DNA of 64,000 nucleotides from Haliotis cracherodii (Eukaryota). The stretch covers positions 57,722,001-57,786,000 of the forward strand of contig NW_027266308.1 of NCBI RefSeq assembly GCF_022045235.1. Reading direction: 5' to 3'. This document shows, in pieces, positions 38,225 to 48,848 of this stretch; position 1 is the stretch's first letter; every line of letters starts with the position of its first letter. The translations under genes and the position numbers were made by a program. Under the pieces are notes generated by a model. The model made no database searches. It saw only the letters and a program-made list of their open reading frames with translations, and was not told the DNA's origin.

Positions 38225-38268
38225 CGATCTTCCCTGACGACTGCCAAAAAGCATTGTCAGGTGACGGC

Positions 38269-38485
38269 GTGCAGTGGTTGCACAAGCGAGGTAACGTTGC
38301 GCAGCGGTTGCGCAAGTAAAGTGGAACTGTGCGGCGGTCGCACAAGTGAAGTGACGTGGTGCAGCGGTTGCACGAGAACTTCCACTGTGGGGAACTCAAC
38401 AGTCGTTGGGAGGAACAGTGCAGACGTTTGCACATCCGGAAAGGTGCAGACGTTTGCACATCCGGAACGGTGCAGATGGTTGCAC
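38269..38485 (+). repeat. Seven short hairpin repeats in the retroelement leader (4 x 30 bp, 3 x 26 bp)
   Basis: GTGCA-N5/6-TGCAC palindromes at 38269, 38299, 38329, 38359, 38418, 38444 and 38470. Confidence 0.8.
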
Positions 38486-40411
38486 ATCCACGGACCACTC
38501 CGGGCTTACAATGGAGGGGCTTTCGGAGAGACGAGCGGATGGTTACACCTGGACCCAGTGGTGGAGTGACGTACCAGGAAGTGATGGACAGAACTAACAA
38601 TTATGACATTTTAACATTTTGTGTGGTGCCAAGTTTCATTGGATCGGGCCTGGTTAGGTAAGCAATATTTTGATGCATTGTGTTACATATTGTAAAAGAA
38701 CGAGATCCTTGAACATAATCATGCCACTAACACAAGACTCAAACAATAACGGTACAACTGTCGATCAACAGTGTCGGCGTGGGTCGGCTTTATTTTCTAT
38801 GCCACTCACAAGTTGTAGGGTCGTATGGCAAGCCGTTTTAGGGTCGTTCCATCTGACCTAGTGAGCCGAGCACTAGCGCTCCGGTAGCATACCAGTCTCA
38901 TGGTGCCAGTACGCTCGGCTTGTCGAGTTAATTGAGAAATAATTGCTCCTAACAACCATGAAGAAAACATTTCCCAATGAAATTCCCCGCACTCAATCAT
39001 TGCGCTAAAAAGCGCCAATGACCTTATGGACATAAAACAACCAATGTTGAGCCATTTACTTACTTCTTACAAGTGGTATAGTGGCTATAATTGGTCGAAA
39101 CAAGGATGATTTTATCAGGGATCTTGTTCTTGGAAATGCATCTCAGAATGTAAAAATATTTGTGATTACTAGACGATATTCTACACTTGCTAAAGTTATT
39201 TAGAACACAGCTTATGCTGCCGGGTCCCCTCAGTTTGAGTCAAAAGTAATCATGCAATACACTTACCGAGTGAACAGGTGGACTAGCCCACTAATTCGCG
39301 ACAATCTTCACTCCAACCAGTAAATGTTGTTAATATGAGCACGGACTTGTATAACTTGTTATATAGGTCCGTGATATGAGCCAGTACCTTTGTGCCCAAA
39401 CACCACAAGACACACACACCTACCTAGAGCCCTAGAGACACATACACAGTCAACATTTTACTGTCCTCAGAATAACAGTCATAATCCAGGGAAAACCACA
39501 ATGGCAGTGGTGGCCGTTTCACCCAACAGGGAAATTTTACAAATAGAGCAGAAAGTGTCCACCATCCCCCGGTCGACAATACACGTGTGGAGGAGGTGGT
39601 ATACAACACTCAAATGCAGGGTTTCGCAAGTTACTCACAGCACACTTTGTGACACAAGCCTAAAGGTTCAGGTTCGATGAGGCAGACTAGTAATTTAGTA
39701 GCATTATGGTATTTACATGTCAGAAAAACCAAGATAAAAATATTCTTATATAGTTCGTTTTAATTGAACTTCTCCCCGTTGCATAAATATCACCAGAAGA
39801 CCAGAGCATCAATAGTAGGTAGCACTGGGCGGAAACATGATGTCCAAAGGACCTGCAGGGGTATGAACACCGTTGTAGGTCTATTAAGATAATTCTTATT
39901 ATGTCAAATATTGAATTCAGTTTATTAGTTCTACTTCATGAAAAAAACAAAAACAACAAAAAAAGACCCCCCAAAAGACCTGAAAACAAACAAACAAAAC
40001 CTACTTGATTCGTTAATTAAAAACATTTGTTTATTTTTTTCATCAATGTCTACTGTGGTACCTCTGATATTTTCGTACAAAATTGACTTGATAAACGTTT
40101 GTAATAAAAGAGTTATATATTGTAATATGTGATTCCGCGTTGAAAAGCATTAAAAAGGCCAATGAACGAAAATCCAAATGGTTCAGCTACAAGTGGACCA
40201 ATATCTTTTTAATCTGCAGAACATAGATAAGATAATATTTATTGCAGAAACATTGCATTATGGGACTGATGCAATTTTGTAAAGATGAAACATTATGATT
40301 CATATATACATATATACAGACATACAGAATTTACATCCCGGTAGTCACAAAAAAAAATCAATATTACATATTTGATGATATTATTATACATAAAATGGCA
40401 ACGGTTGGATA

Positions 40412-40540
40412 GTTCGTCACGCTGAAGACCGTGTTCGATTCCCGACATGGGTATAATGTGTGAAGCCGATTTCTGGTGTCCCCGCCGTGATATTGCTGGA
40501 ATATTGATAAAAGCGGCGTAAAACTAAACTCACTCACTCA
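40412..40540 (+). mobile_element. SINE family A (5'-truncated) inside the LTR element
   Basis: GTTCGATTCCCGACATGGG...GCTGGAATATT...(ACTC)n. Confidence 0.8.
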
Positions 40541-41053
40541 CGCACACAACGGTTGATTAGAATGAAGGGGTATTTATTGTTTAAAATAATAGACATGGAA
40601 ACAAATGCAATTGATATTGATGGCTTCATTATTTGACAGGATGTATTGGAATAATCTGTTTTCATGGCTGTGAACATGTACATTTACATTTTGTGTGAAT
40701 AATTGCCCAAAGAGTATATTTCTTTCGTGAGCATTTTGGGTACAGTGAAATAGGTAGATCTTTCAATCATCAATGGTTAAACATGTAAAGCATAGCCTCT
40801 GATGTAGTGGGGTTGGTGGCTTTGTATGTCTTACAAGTTCAATATTTAATTTATGGTTCCTAATCTTATTTTAGAAATATAAATGTTTCGAAAGTTGTAA
40901 AAATAACATCAATATCAATACGTCAGACCTTTTACCTCTCCACTGCTTTTCAATAGATCACAAAAACCTGGCCCTTCCCCAATAGTAGACCGCCCAAAGG
41001 AGAAACCATGGCATGTGCTCAGGAATTCTTCTCTACCCCCTCCCCCCCCCCCA

Positions 41054-41108
<55 letters not shown>

Positions 41109-41526
41109 GATCTCTCTCTGGATCTTTCTCTCGATAAGCAACCCAACATAGATGTATCCGGTTATCAGGTTATAAATGACCACAGTGGTGCTGTTACCCC
41201 CTATTCATTAACAGTGCGCACCTTGCAAGCTTGGCACATTTGGCACCTCCGGTGGCCTGGCACTGGCCTCAGTGTCAGCTATCGACATGGATGCTAGGTC
41301 AAATAACCCCAAACACCCTGTCCCCACTGGTGATATGTCACCAACCTATGTGTCAATTATGGTAGCATTTGAAGGATCTCATGGTGGGTAGGATTTCAGG
41401 AGAGAATAGTACACCAACAAAAACTACCGAAATTCAAGCATAGCGATAGCGTCTGACCACGCCTCAAAACCAAAGGGGTGTTCACATAAAGATGTACATA
41501 TATTGATCCATTTGAATGAAGTGAAT

Positions 41527-42223
41527 ATGCCGACGAGATGGTTCTTGTCGAGGAGATAATGCCGACGAGATGGTTCTTGTCGAGGAGATAATGCTGACGA
41601 GATGGTTTCTTGTCGAGGATATAATGCCGACGAGATGGTTTCTTGTCGAGGATATAATGCCGACGAGATGGTTACTTGTCGAGGATATAATGCCGACGAG
41701 ATGGTTTCTTGTCGAGGATATAATGCCGACGAGATGGTTTCTTGTCGAGGATGTAATGCCGGCGAGATGGTTTCTTGTCGAGGATATAATACCGACGAGA
41801 TGGTTTCTTGTCGAGGATATAATGCCGACGAGATGGTTTCTTGTCGAGGATATAATGCCCACGGGATGGGTTCTTGTCGAGGATATAATGCCGACGGGAT
41901 GGGTTCTTGTCGAGGATATAATGCCGACGAGATGGTTTCTTGTCGAGGATATAATGCCGACGAGATGGTTTCTTGTCGAGGATATAATGCCGACGAGATG
42001 GTTTCTTGTCGAGGATATAATGCCGACGAGATGGTTTCTTGTCGAGGATATAATGCCGACGAGATGGTTTCTTGTCAAGGATATAATGACGACGAGATGG
42101 TTTCTTGTCAAGGATATAATGCCGACGGGATGGGTTCTTGTCAAGGATATAATGCCGACGAGATGGTTTCTTGTCAAGGATATACTGCCGACGGGATGGG
42201 TTCTTGTCAAGGAAGTGATGCCA
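41527..42223 (+). repeat. 33-bp tandem array (~21 units), each unit a stem-loop
   Basis: Unit AATGCCGACGAGATGGTTTCTTGTCGAGGATAT; stem CGACGAGA/TCTTGTCG. Confidence 0.95.
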
Positions 42224-42610
42224 ATAGGGTGATAATTAGTCATGTGAAGGGACAAACATGATTCAGTTATGTAGCGTATCATGGGATAGATAACAGGGGT
42301 GCCAGGATCAAGAACATGTTGCCTACCACCAGTGCGCAATGGGGGTGGGTGACATGTGAGAAACTGACATCAAGTAATAGGGGGTGCCTGCTACCATGGG
42401 ATTTAGCAAAGCATTTCAGCCACTGCACCGACACAATCACGCACAGGATACACGGACAGGATACACGGACAATGCACTGATAGGAACTTCACCTCACACA
42501 TAATAACTTGACATCTAGTACTGGAAAAAAAAATGTATATAATGAAGTTATTGCATCAATAGGACCCCAGATACTATCACTAAGGACATCTTTATCTGTT
42601 CCCAGGCGAG

Positions 42611-45142
42611 ATGTTGCTCTGGCTGTTGACGACCACCGCCCTAAGCCTGATTTGGAGTATACAAGGGACAATTAGTCTGGAGAATGATCTCCAGAGATTA
42701 CATTTTGGGGTTCTGTTTAAAAATTTGGGGAGACTTAAAACATACGACCAAACTTGGGTACACACATTTGCACTGACACTGCCGAAAACACTTCCTACAG
42801 ATCTCACATTCAAATTCCCGCGATGTGTCGCTGCATTTAAGGGTACCCCTGCCAGATGCTTACAGACAAAGGACGTAACGGAACCACTTTTGAATTACAC
42901 TCGGGACATACACCACGCCGCAACCCAACACATACAGGATACCCTTGACACCATCAAACACTTCATACCAGAAAGTACAGAACCTCAAAGCCAATCGCGC
43001 CAACAACGCAGCTTATTACCATTTTTGGGTACCATAGCTAAGGGCCTCGCGGGGGTCGCCACAGAAAGGGATTTAAAGATCATTGCGGATCATGTTAGAC
43101 TGCTAGCAAATGAAGTTCACCTACGCGACATAGCCTTTAACCTCACGGGGCACACCATGGCATCATATATGACTAAAACTAACTCCCGCCTGGATAACCT
43201 AGTAAGAATTGTAACGCTTAATCACAACCAAATAGTCCTAGCATCACAACGTAGCCTCCGGGAGAACGACTGGTACAAACAATTATTTGCCACCTTACTC
43301 ACATTAACCACACAACAGTTGCACCTTACCAATGAACTGAACGCACACGCACGGGACCTCCTGACCAGTACATCAAAACTCCTACAAGGCCAACTACCAC
43401 AAGAATTGATTCCATTATCTACGCTCAGAGTGGTAACAAATAGAATTCGACTCCAGTTAGCCTTACATTATTCCGACTTTGACCTCGTGCATAAGGACCC
43501 GCGTCAATATTACACCCAGGCACATGTGAAAGTCATCCGGAAAGGGGATATTCTTTTCCTGTCCCTATTAGTACCCATCACCCCATTCAAGGAAGCCACT
43601 ACCCTTTATCAGACCACAGCTATCCCAGTTCCATTACATGAAGACTCGAACGATACTACCATAGTCAAAAACCTTGCAAGATTCATCGCGGTGTCACAGA
43701 GGGATAAACGGTTTGTAGAGTTTACGAGGGAGGAGTACGACTCATGTATAGACACAACGACCACACAATGTAGTAGTCTACCAGCGGAAAGGAGCTTCGT
43801 AAATCCCACATGTACGCTTGCACTCATCCAGAATGATATCGATTTGGTACATGAATTGTGCAACTTCCACTTGGTACCCGATGGAGCGGAGTCACAACTA
43901 TACGAATTAGGTACAGGACAATTACTTCTCATTAAAATACCCAAATTAATCTACACATGCGCGAACGTAACAAAAATCCAGCAGGGATGTAATTATTGCC
44001 TGGCGCCTATCTACTGTTACTGCTCTATCCAAGCAGTAGGGAAGATGCTTCCCCCACGCCTTACTGGTTGCAGACAACCAGAAGACACATCCTTTGTAAA
44101 TTACACGTTAAACGTAGCCCTGCTCCGGCATTACTTTTCGACACAAGACATCCTGAAGAGATTACCGTCCTTAGTCGCAAAAGAACCAGTTGCTTACAAA
44201 ACGGCACCATTTCGATTGTCAAACGCTTCATTTACTAATCTGATGAAAACAGACACAAAAATCAGTATTAACTTAAAACATGCCGTCGCCAAAGCCAAGG
44301 CCAACGAAATTATATACACTAACCCGGCCGATCCTTTGTACCTGGATGCACTGACGAGTACTGAAGGGAACACCGATTGGTTCGGGGTAGTAGTCTATTC
44401 CACTTACGTAATGTGGGCTTGTATTGCTGTGCTATTCGTCTCGGTAGTTCTTACGAAACGTCGCATAGCGGCAATACAGGCACAACTAACTTTAAGAGCG
44501 GCGTTGGCCACGGCGGCGGGAATATCCATACCTCAGAATCCTTTGGTATGGACGCAACCTGCTACCGCCACCACAACAACCGACACGCCTGGTTTGTCGG
44601 CAGCGGCCATATTCAAACCCCTTTGGAATCTGGAAATGATGGTATTACTGTTGGTTATAATATTGTTCATAACACTGGCAATTTATTTCTACCGGGTCCA
44701 AACCAACCCCACCACGACGCTCTACCTAAGTTTCTCGACTCCACATGACAACCTTAGACTCAACCTCCTCAAGGTTGACGCCCCGCCGATGGTACTGTCC
44801 CTTTCTCAGTCACAATATATCCCGGAAAACATTCAGATTACACATCACTGGCTCACTTCCAAGATATACATCAAATGGCCCATGAGTAATGTGTCCCTGT
44901 GTAACACGCTTACAGATACCCAAATTGCCCTCCCTGTAGCACTAACTGTCCCTCGACATGTGGCTGGACGGCTGTATAAGGTCCTCCAGGGCAGATATTT
45001 ATTGTTTATGTACCTAGTACAATTTAGAACGACTTATCCTGTTTCGGCCGGACCCTCAAATTCCCATGCCAGTCAAACCCCAACAGCAAGTCAATACAAG
45101 GACAGATCGGGGGGCGGACTATATCCAGCGCTAAATGGTTAA
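42611..45142 (+). CDS. env: Envelope glycoprotein, class I fusion type (baculovirus F/errantivirus Env-like), 843 aa, intact
   Basis: N-terminal signal peptide; furin site RQQR (aa 130-133) followed by fusion peptide SLLPFLGTIAKGLAGVAT; heptad region; Cys-rich domain; several N-X-S/T sites; TM at aa ~590-614 and a second TM at ~676-694; lies between the LTRs. Confidence 0.88.
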   Translation: MLLWLLTTTALSLIWSIQGTISLENDLQRLHFGVLFKNLGRLKTYDQTWVHTFALTLPKTLPTDLTFKFPRCVAAFKGTPARCLQTKDVTEPLLNYTRDIHHAATQHIQDTLDTIKHFIPESTEPQSQSRQQRSLLPFLGTIAKGLAGVATERDLKIIADHVRLLANEVHLRDIAFNLTGHTMASYMTKTNSRLDNLVRIVTLNHNQIVLASQRSLRENDWYKQLFATLLTLTTQQLHLTNELNAHARDLLTSTSKLLQGQLPQELIPLSTLRVVTNRIRLQLALHYSDFDLVHKDPRQYYTQAHVKVIRKGDILFLSLLVPITPFKEATTLYQTTAIPVPLHEDSNDTTIVKNLARFIAVSQRDKRFVEFTREEYDSCIDTTTTQCSSLPAERSFVNPTCTLALIQNDIDLVHELCNFHLVPDGAESQLYELGTGQLLLIKIPKLIYTCANVTKIQQGCNYCLAPIYCYCSIQAVGKMLPPRLTGCRQPEDTSFVNYTLNVALLRHYFSTQDILKRLPSLVAKEPVAYKTAPFRLSNASFTNLMKTDTKISINLKHAVAKAKANEIIYTNPADPLYLDALTSTEGNTDWFGVVVYSTYVMWACIAVLFVSVVLTKRRIAAIQAQLTLRAALATAAGISIPQNPLVWTQPATATTTTDTPGLSAAAIFKPLWNLEMMVLLLVIILFITLAIYFYRVQTNPTTTLYLSFSTPHDNLRLNLLKVDAPPMVLSLSQSQYIPENIQITHHWLTSKIYIKWPMSNVSLCNTLTDTQIALPVALTVPRHVAGRLYKVLQGRYLLFMYLVQFRTTYPVSAGPSNSHASQTPTASQYKDRSGGGLYPALNG

Positions 45143-45948
45143 CATTTATACAATGAACACCTCCAAAGCAACCTTACAGGATAAGATTTGCTAGACAAAT
45201 AATACAAGTACTCAACAACAAATAAAATACAAAATAAAATTAAAACACGCAAGACTCCGAACAAAACAAAACTGTCCTTGTTATCAAAACAAACAAAACA
45301 ACAATAACAAAACAAACCCTACATTGGGCTCCTGCATATTCTACATCCACTTTAACACCCTAAAAGTTGTCCTTCGCACACACGTGGGCTATCAAGGTGA
45401 ATCAACACCGGACACAGTGGGTTACTTGGGTACATATACGTAAATACAAAAACAAAACAAAAAACAAAAACAAAAACAAAACAATGTTGGTTGGTACACT
45501 CATCTACGTCTGTACGTATCAGTTTGACAGGGGTGTTATCCCTGGAACTTCACATTCATACGATCCGTACGATAATTGGCAATATCTATATGTGCAGATA
45601 AAGCGTTGGTTGGTACTACCATCTACGTCGGTACGTATCAAGTTCGACGGGAGTCTCATCTACGCCGGTACGTATCAAGTTCGACAGGGGTATTACCCCT
45701 GGAACTTCGAGTCCTTACCCCTGGAACTTCGAGTCCTTGCAATCCGCACAATCATTCGAATCACCATACCCATATATAAAGGATTGACCGTTACTCGTAT
45801 CGCAGTCGTATGTGTTCAGTTCAACAGAGGTGTTACGCCTGGAACTACATTCGGCGACTACCGATCGTTACTTTAAGTGCAATTATATACATGATATTGT
45901 TAGTGTGCAATTATTAACATACATATTGGTTTGAAACCCTGTAACGTG

Positions 45949-47322
45949 ATGGATACGCAGACGGTTGAACATGTTGTGACTTCTTTTGATAACGAATTCG
46001 GCAAAACGACCGCCCCTGTTGTCATTCCGGAAAAATTATGGCGAAAATTGTGTCGGCTCTCCCTATTCTTTAAATGTCTTTCTGGCTACATATTTAATAT
46101 GGGAGAACATTGGGGCAAAACCCATTTAGCAGACGGAAGGTTCAAAACTTACAAACGTCGTCAGTTCACATTGAACCCTCCAATACTTTTTACGCCCAGC
46201 CCCCCTGATTTGGCCGACCGTATAGGAAGGGCCCTCTATCTAGCAGCAAACCCAGGACCACTGACCGATGTCCCCGAATCGTTAGGTATAGGAGCGGCCG
46301 TACTTTTAATGTACGGTTTATAATATGACTTACGAATGTTGATAGTATTAGGTGTTCAGACGGCAATCGGAGAATTGGACATGGCTATCCTTTTCCAATT
46401 ACAACAATTACAGACGGACATGGGTGCCGACCTACAGAGTTATACAGAAATATTCTGGCAGTTAGCGGATATTCCTAGATCAGTCATCGGACGTACTCTG
46501 TCCAAACCAATAACGCCAGAAGTACTAGGAAGCTTATCAATGGGAAGGGACCATCTCACTTGTAGGCGATCGCAATTGGCGTTACGGCATGTCTTGACGC
46601 GATGCGCCCTTTGTTATAAAGACACATTTCCGATGAATGATCAGGGAACAAATTTTCCAACGGTAACTTTTTGCAAATGGTGTCGCCGGATACAACACGT
46701 GGAATGTGCAGCCGCCCTGCTAAAACAGTCTGGCTTATCCTACCGCATAGTGACACTTAACGCAGGGACACCAAATGCCCGCCAGTATATAGAACTCGAC
46801 TTCCCTACAAGCCACTATTCGGAAGCATTCGACGTGCAGCCAGGGTTCCTGGAAGGTCGTGTTTCTCCACCTTTAGACCTCAGATTCAATTTAGATCAGT
46901 GTTCAGTCTGTAGGGTACCTTTTGGCTGTGATTTCATGGAGGTGCCGAGTGACATTCCACCTATATTGTACAAAAATCCGGCCTTCACACCGCCCAAACA
47001 TCCCCTTGATAGATTCGACGTAAGGACCTTCATGAATTATTTCAGATCGTCAACAGAACGAATACCACCGGGGAAACCGGTACGAATATATTTAAGCCTG
47101 TCGTCCCCTCCAATAGAATTTCCAAAAACATTGATGGACGAGACCAGACGCCTTATAGGTCCGCTCAATCGTAGGCTCGTAGAAACGAGGGCGCTACAAA
47201 TTAGACTGTTCTACCCTCCTCAAAGTTCAGACTTTTGGGACGAATATTGTTGGAACAAGGGGGTGTCAGTTACGCAGTTAGCAGACGGGTTGAATCTACA
47301 CAATGACCCCAACGAAACATAA
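45949..47322 (+). pseudogene. Retroelement accessory gene (~457 codons) with one in-frame TAA at 46321; C4HC3 PHD/RING-variant finger, possible N-terminal BTB-like domain
   Basis: Track ORFs 45931..46323 and 46336..47322 share a frame and are separated only by TAA TAT GAC TTA CGA; motif CALC-x19-CKWC-x4-HVEC-...-CSVCRVPF. Confidence 0.65.
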
Positions 47323-47786
47323 CATAGTTGTGCGGCAATAAGAATCGTCTCACAGAGAGGTCACACTTAATCAATGCGTCACCACCATCAATAGTTTATG
47401 TCTCTTAACTCTATAGTGTATAAATGTCGTTCTTAAGTAACATATTCCTTGTGTCCATCTGTGTACCCTGTGTGATTTATTGGTATTAAGGTTGTACCCA
47501 TGCATATAGTCAAGGATTATTACTCCTATTGCACCTAAATCAGTGCAAACTAGTACAAATATATGCAAATAGGTGTCTCATTGTTATTAGAACTATGCCA
47601 ATCTTTGTATATTAGACGTATATATCTATCGAAATTGTATTCACGTGTGTGTGTTGTTTGTTTTTTTTGCAATTATGTGTGTATTTTCTGTAATTGTTCA
47701 AGGTCAACCAGCACTATGGTCACACCCATTTATTTAAAACAGTACGTAACAAAAAAACAAAAAACATCCCAAACTGAACCAACCCA

Positions 47787-47847
47787 GATCCCCACGGCAC
47801 TCTACCTTAAGAGTGTGAGGACACACTCTTCGTCAGACCGGGGATCG
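47787..47847 (+). promoter_or_regulatory. Pre-LTR hairpin and short purine tract (plus-strand priming region)
   Basis: AAGAGTGTG-AGGA-CACACTCTT 9-bp hairpin (47809-47830), then GGGGAT-CG abutting the LTR; GATCCCC (~47788) can pair with GGGGATC. Confidence 0.55.
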
Positions 47848-48848
47848 TATTATAGGCATAAAATAATAGATAAAAGAATAGTAATTAACAAGTCATTAAG
47901 ACACTCATAGTAATTATATAAATAAACAAGATGAGGGGCTAACAGAGTAAGAAATAGGTATAACACATGGGAAGATATAGGAAGGGCAGGCGATATAGGA
48001 ATTGAGGAGCACAGGAAACATACTGGGCCACTAGTAACCAGGGGTGACAGTAGTGGGTCGAGGGTCGGAGTACCAGAGCAAAACAATAAAAGTATCATAG
48101 CAAGGGAATGTGCAGGTTGCCAGAGACAAAATAGATTGGGAGAGGAAACGTAGAGGAAATTGCCCTCGGGTTCATAAATGGTTTTGGGGGGAATAGTCCA
48201 GATTCCGGGGGTTGAGGTGGTTACATTACCACAAGTCCTAAAAAGGACCTTGAGGTGAGACAATAGTGGGTTAGAATCATCTAGTGTAGGGGGGAAAGGT
48301 GGTTAACAATGATACATGGAAAAATGAGTAGAACTGTGACGTAGGTACCGATTTAAAAAGGGACAAAAGCCCCAGAGCGGGGAGAGAGGCTAGAGAGCGG
48401 CTAGAGAGCGGCTGGGGAGACGACAACAGGACTGGTGCTCCGCTCTCGGCCAAAAAGCTTCGAGATCGGGAGAGCGGCTGGGGAGACGACATATGGACTG
48501 GTACTCCGTTCTCGGCTTGTTGTCACGATCTTTCGAACCAGCATTTCGACCGAGACTGAAGCTTTGCGGCCGAAGTCTCGTATTTAAGTGACAAGTAGAG
48601 TTGGTTGACCGGCAACACAAAATGGGAATAAAAGCTGTTAAACAAAGATCACTCTTTGTGCTTGTTGGAGGAACTATGGTAATAGGTCCAAGGCCCTCGG
48701 GTACTGACATTGTACCTCTCGCTCATCCCTGACTGTCAGCACCAAGAACGAGGGGATTACCGTAGTTAGGTCGTAGATGTACACGAATTGCCACCCTGGT
48801 AATTAACAACAATTACCGTCCCTTATCATCTTAAAAATACCTTGGATA
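47848..48848 (+). repeat. 3' LTR (1001 bp)
   Basis: TATTATAGG...CCTTGGATA; TATA-like ATTTAAAAAG at ~48351 and AATAAA at ~48627. Confidence 0.93.

Larger units (their letters stand above)
33887..48848 (+). mobile_element. Env-bearing Ty3/gypsy-type LTR retroelement (errantivirus-like), apparently lacking gag/pol
   Basis: Two ~1-kb direct LTRs; 4-bp TSD CAAA (33883-33886 and 48849-48852); PBS after the 5' LTR; GAGGAC hairpin and G-tract before the 3' LTR; internal env ORF. Confidence 0.9.

Noticed and set aside
39390-39680. Possible gag remnant (NHNGSGGRFTQQGNFTNR)
   Set aside because: Short and low-complexity, with no CCHC knuckle or capsid motif; cannot be supported by eye.
41482-42339. 220-285 aa repeat ORFs on both strands, and a superficial CRISPR-like look
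   Set aside because: A 33-bp period opens several frames trivially; there are no unique spacers and no cas genes, and the context is eukaryotic.
45367-45876. 169-aa ORF between env and the accessory gene
   Set aside because: Built from A-rich tracts and short imperfect repeats; no protein-like features.
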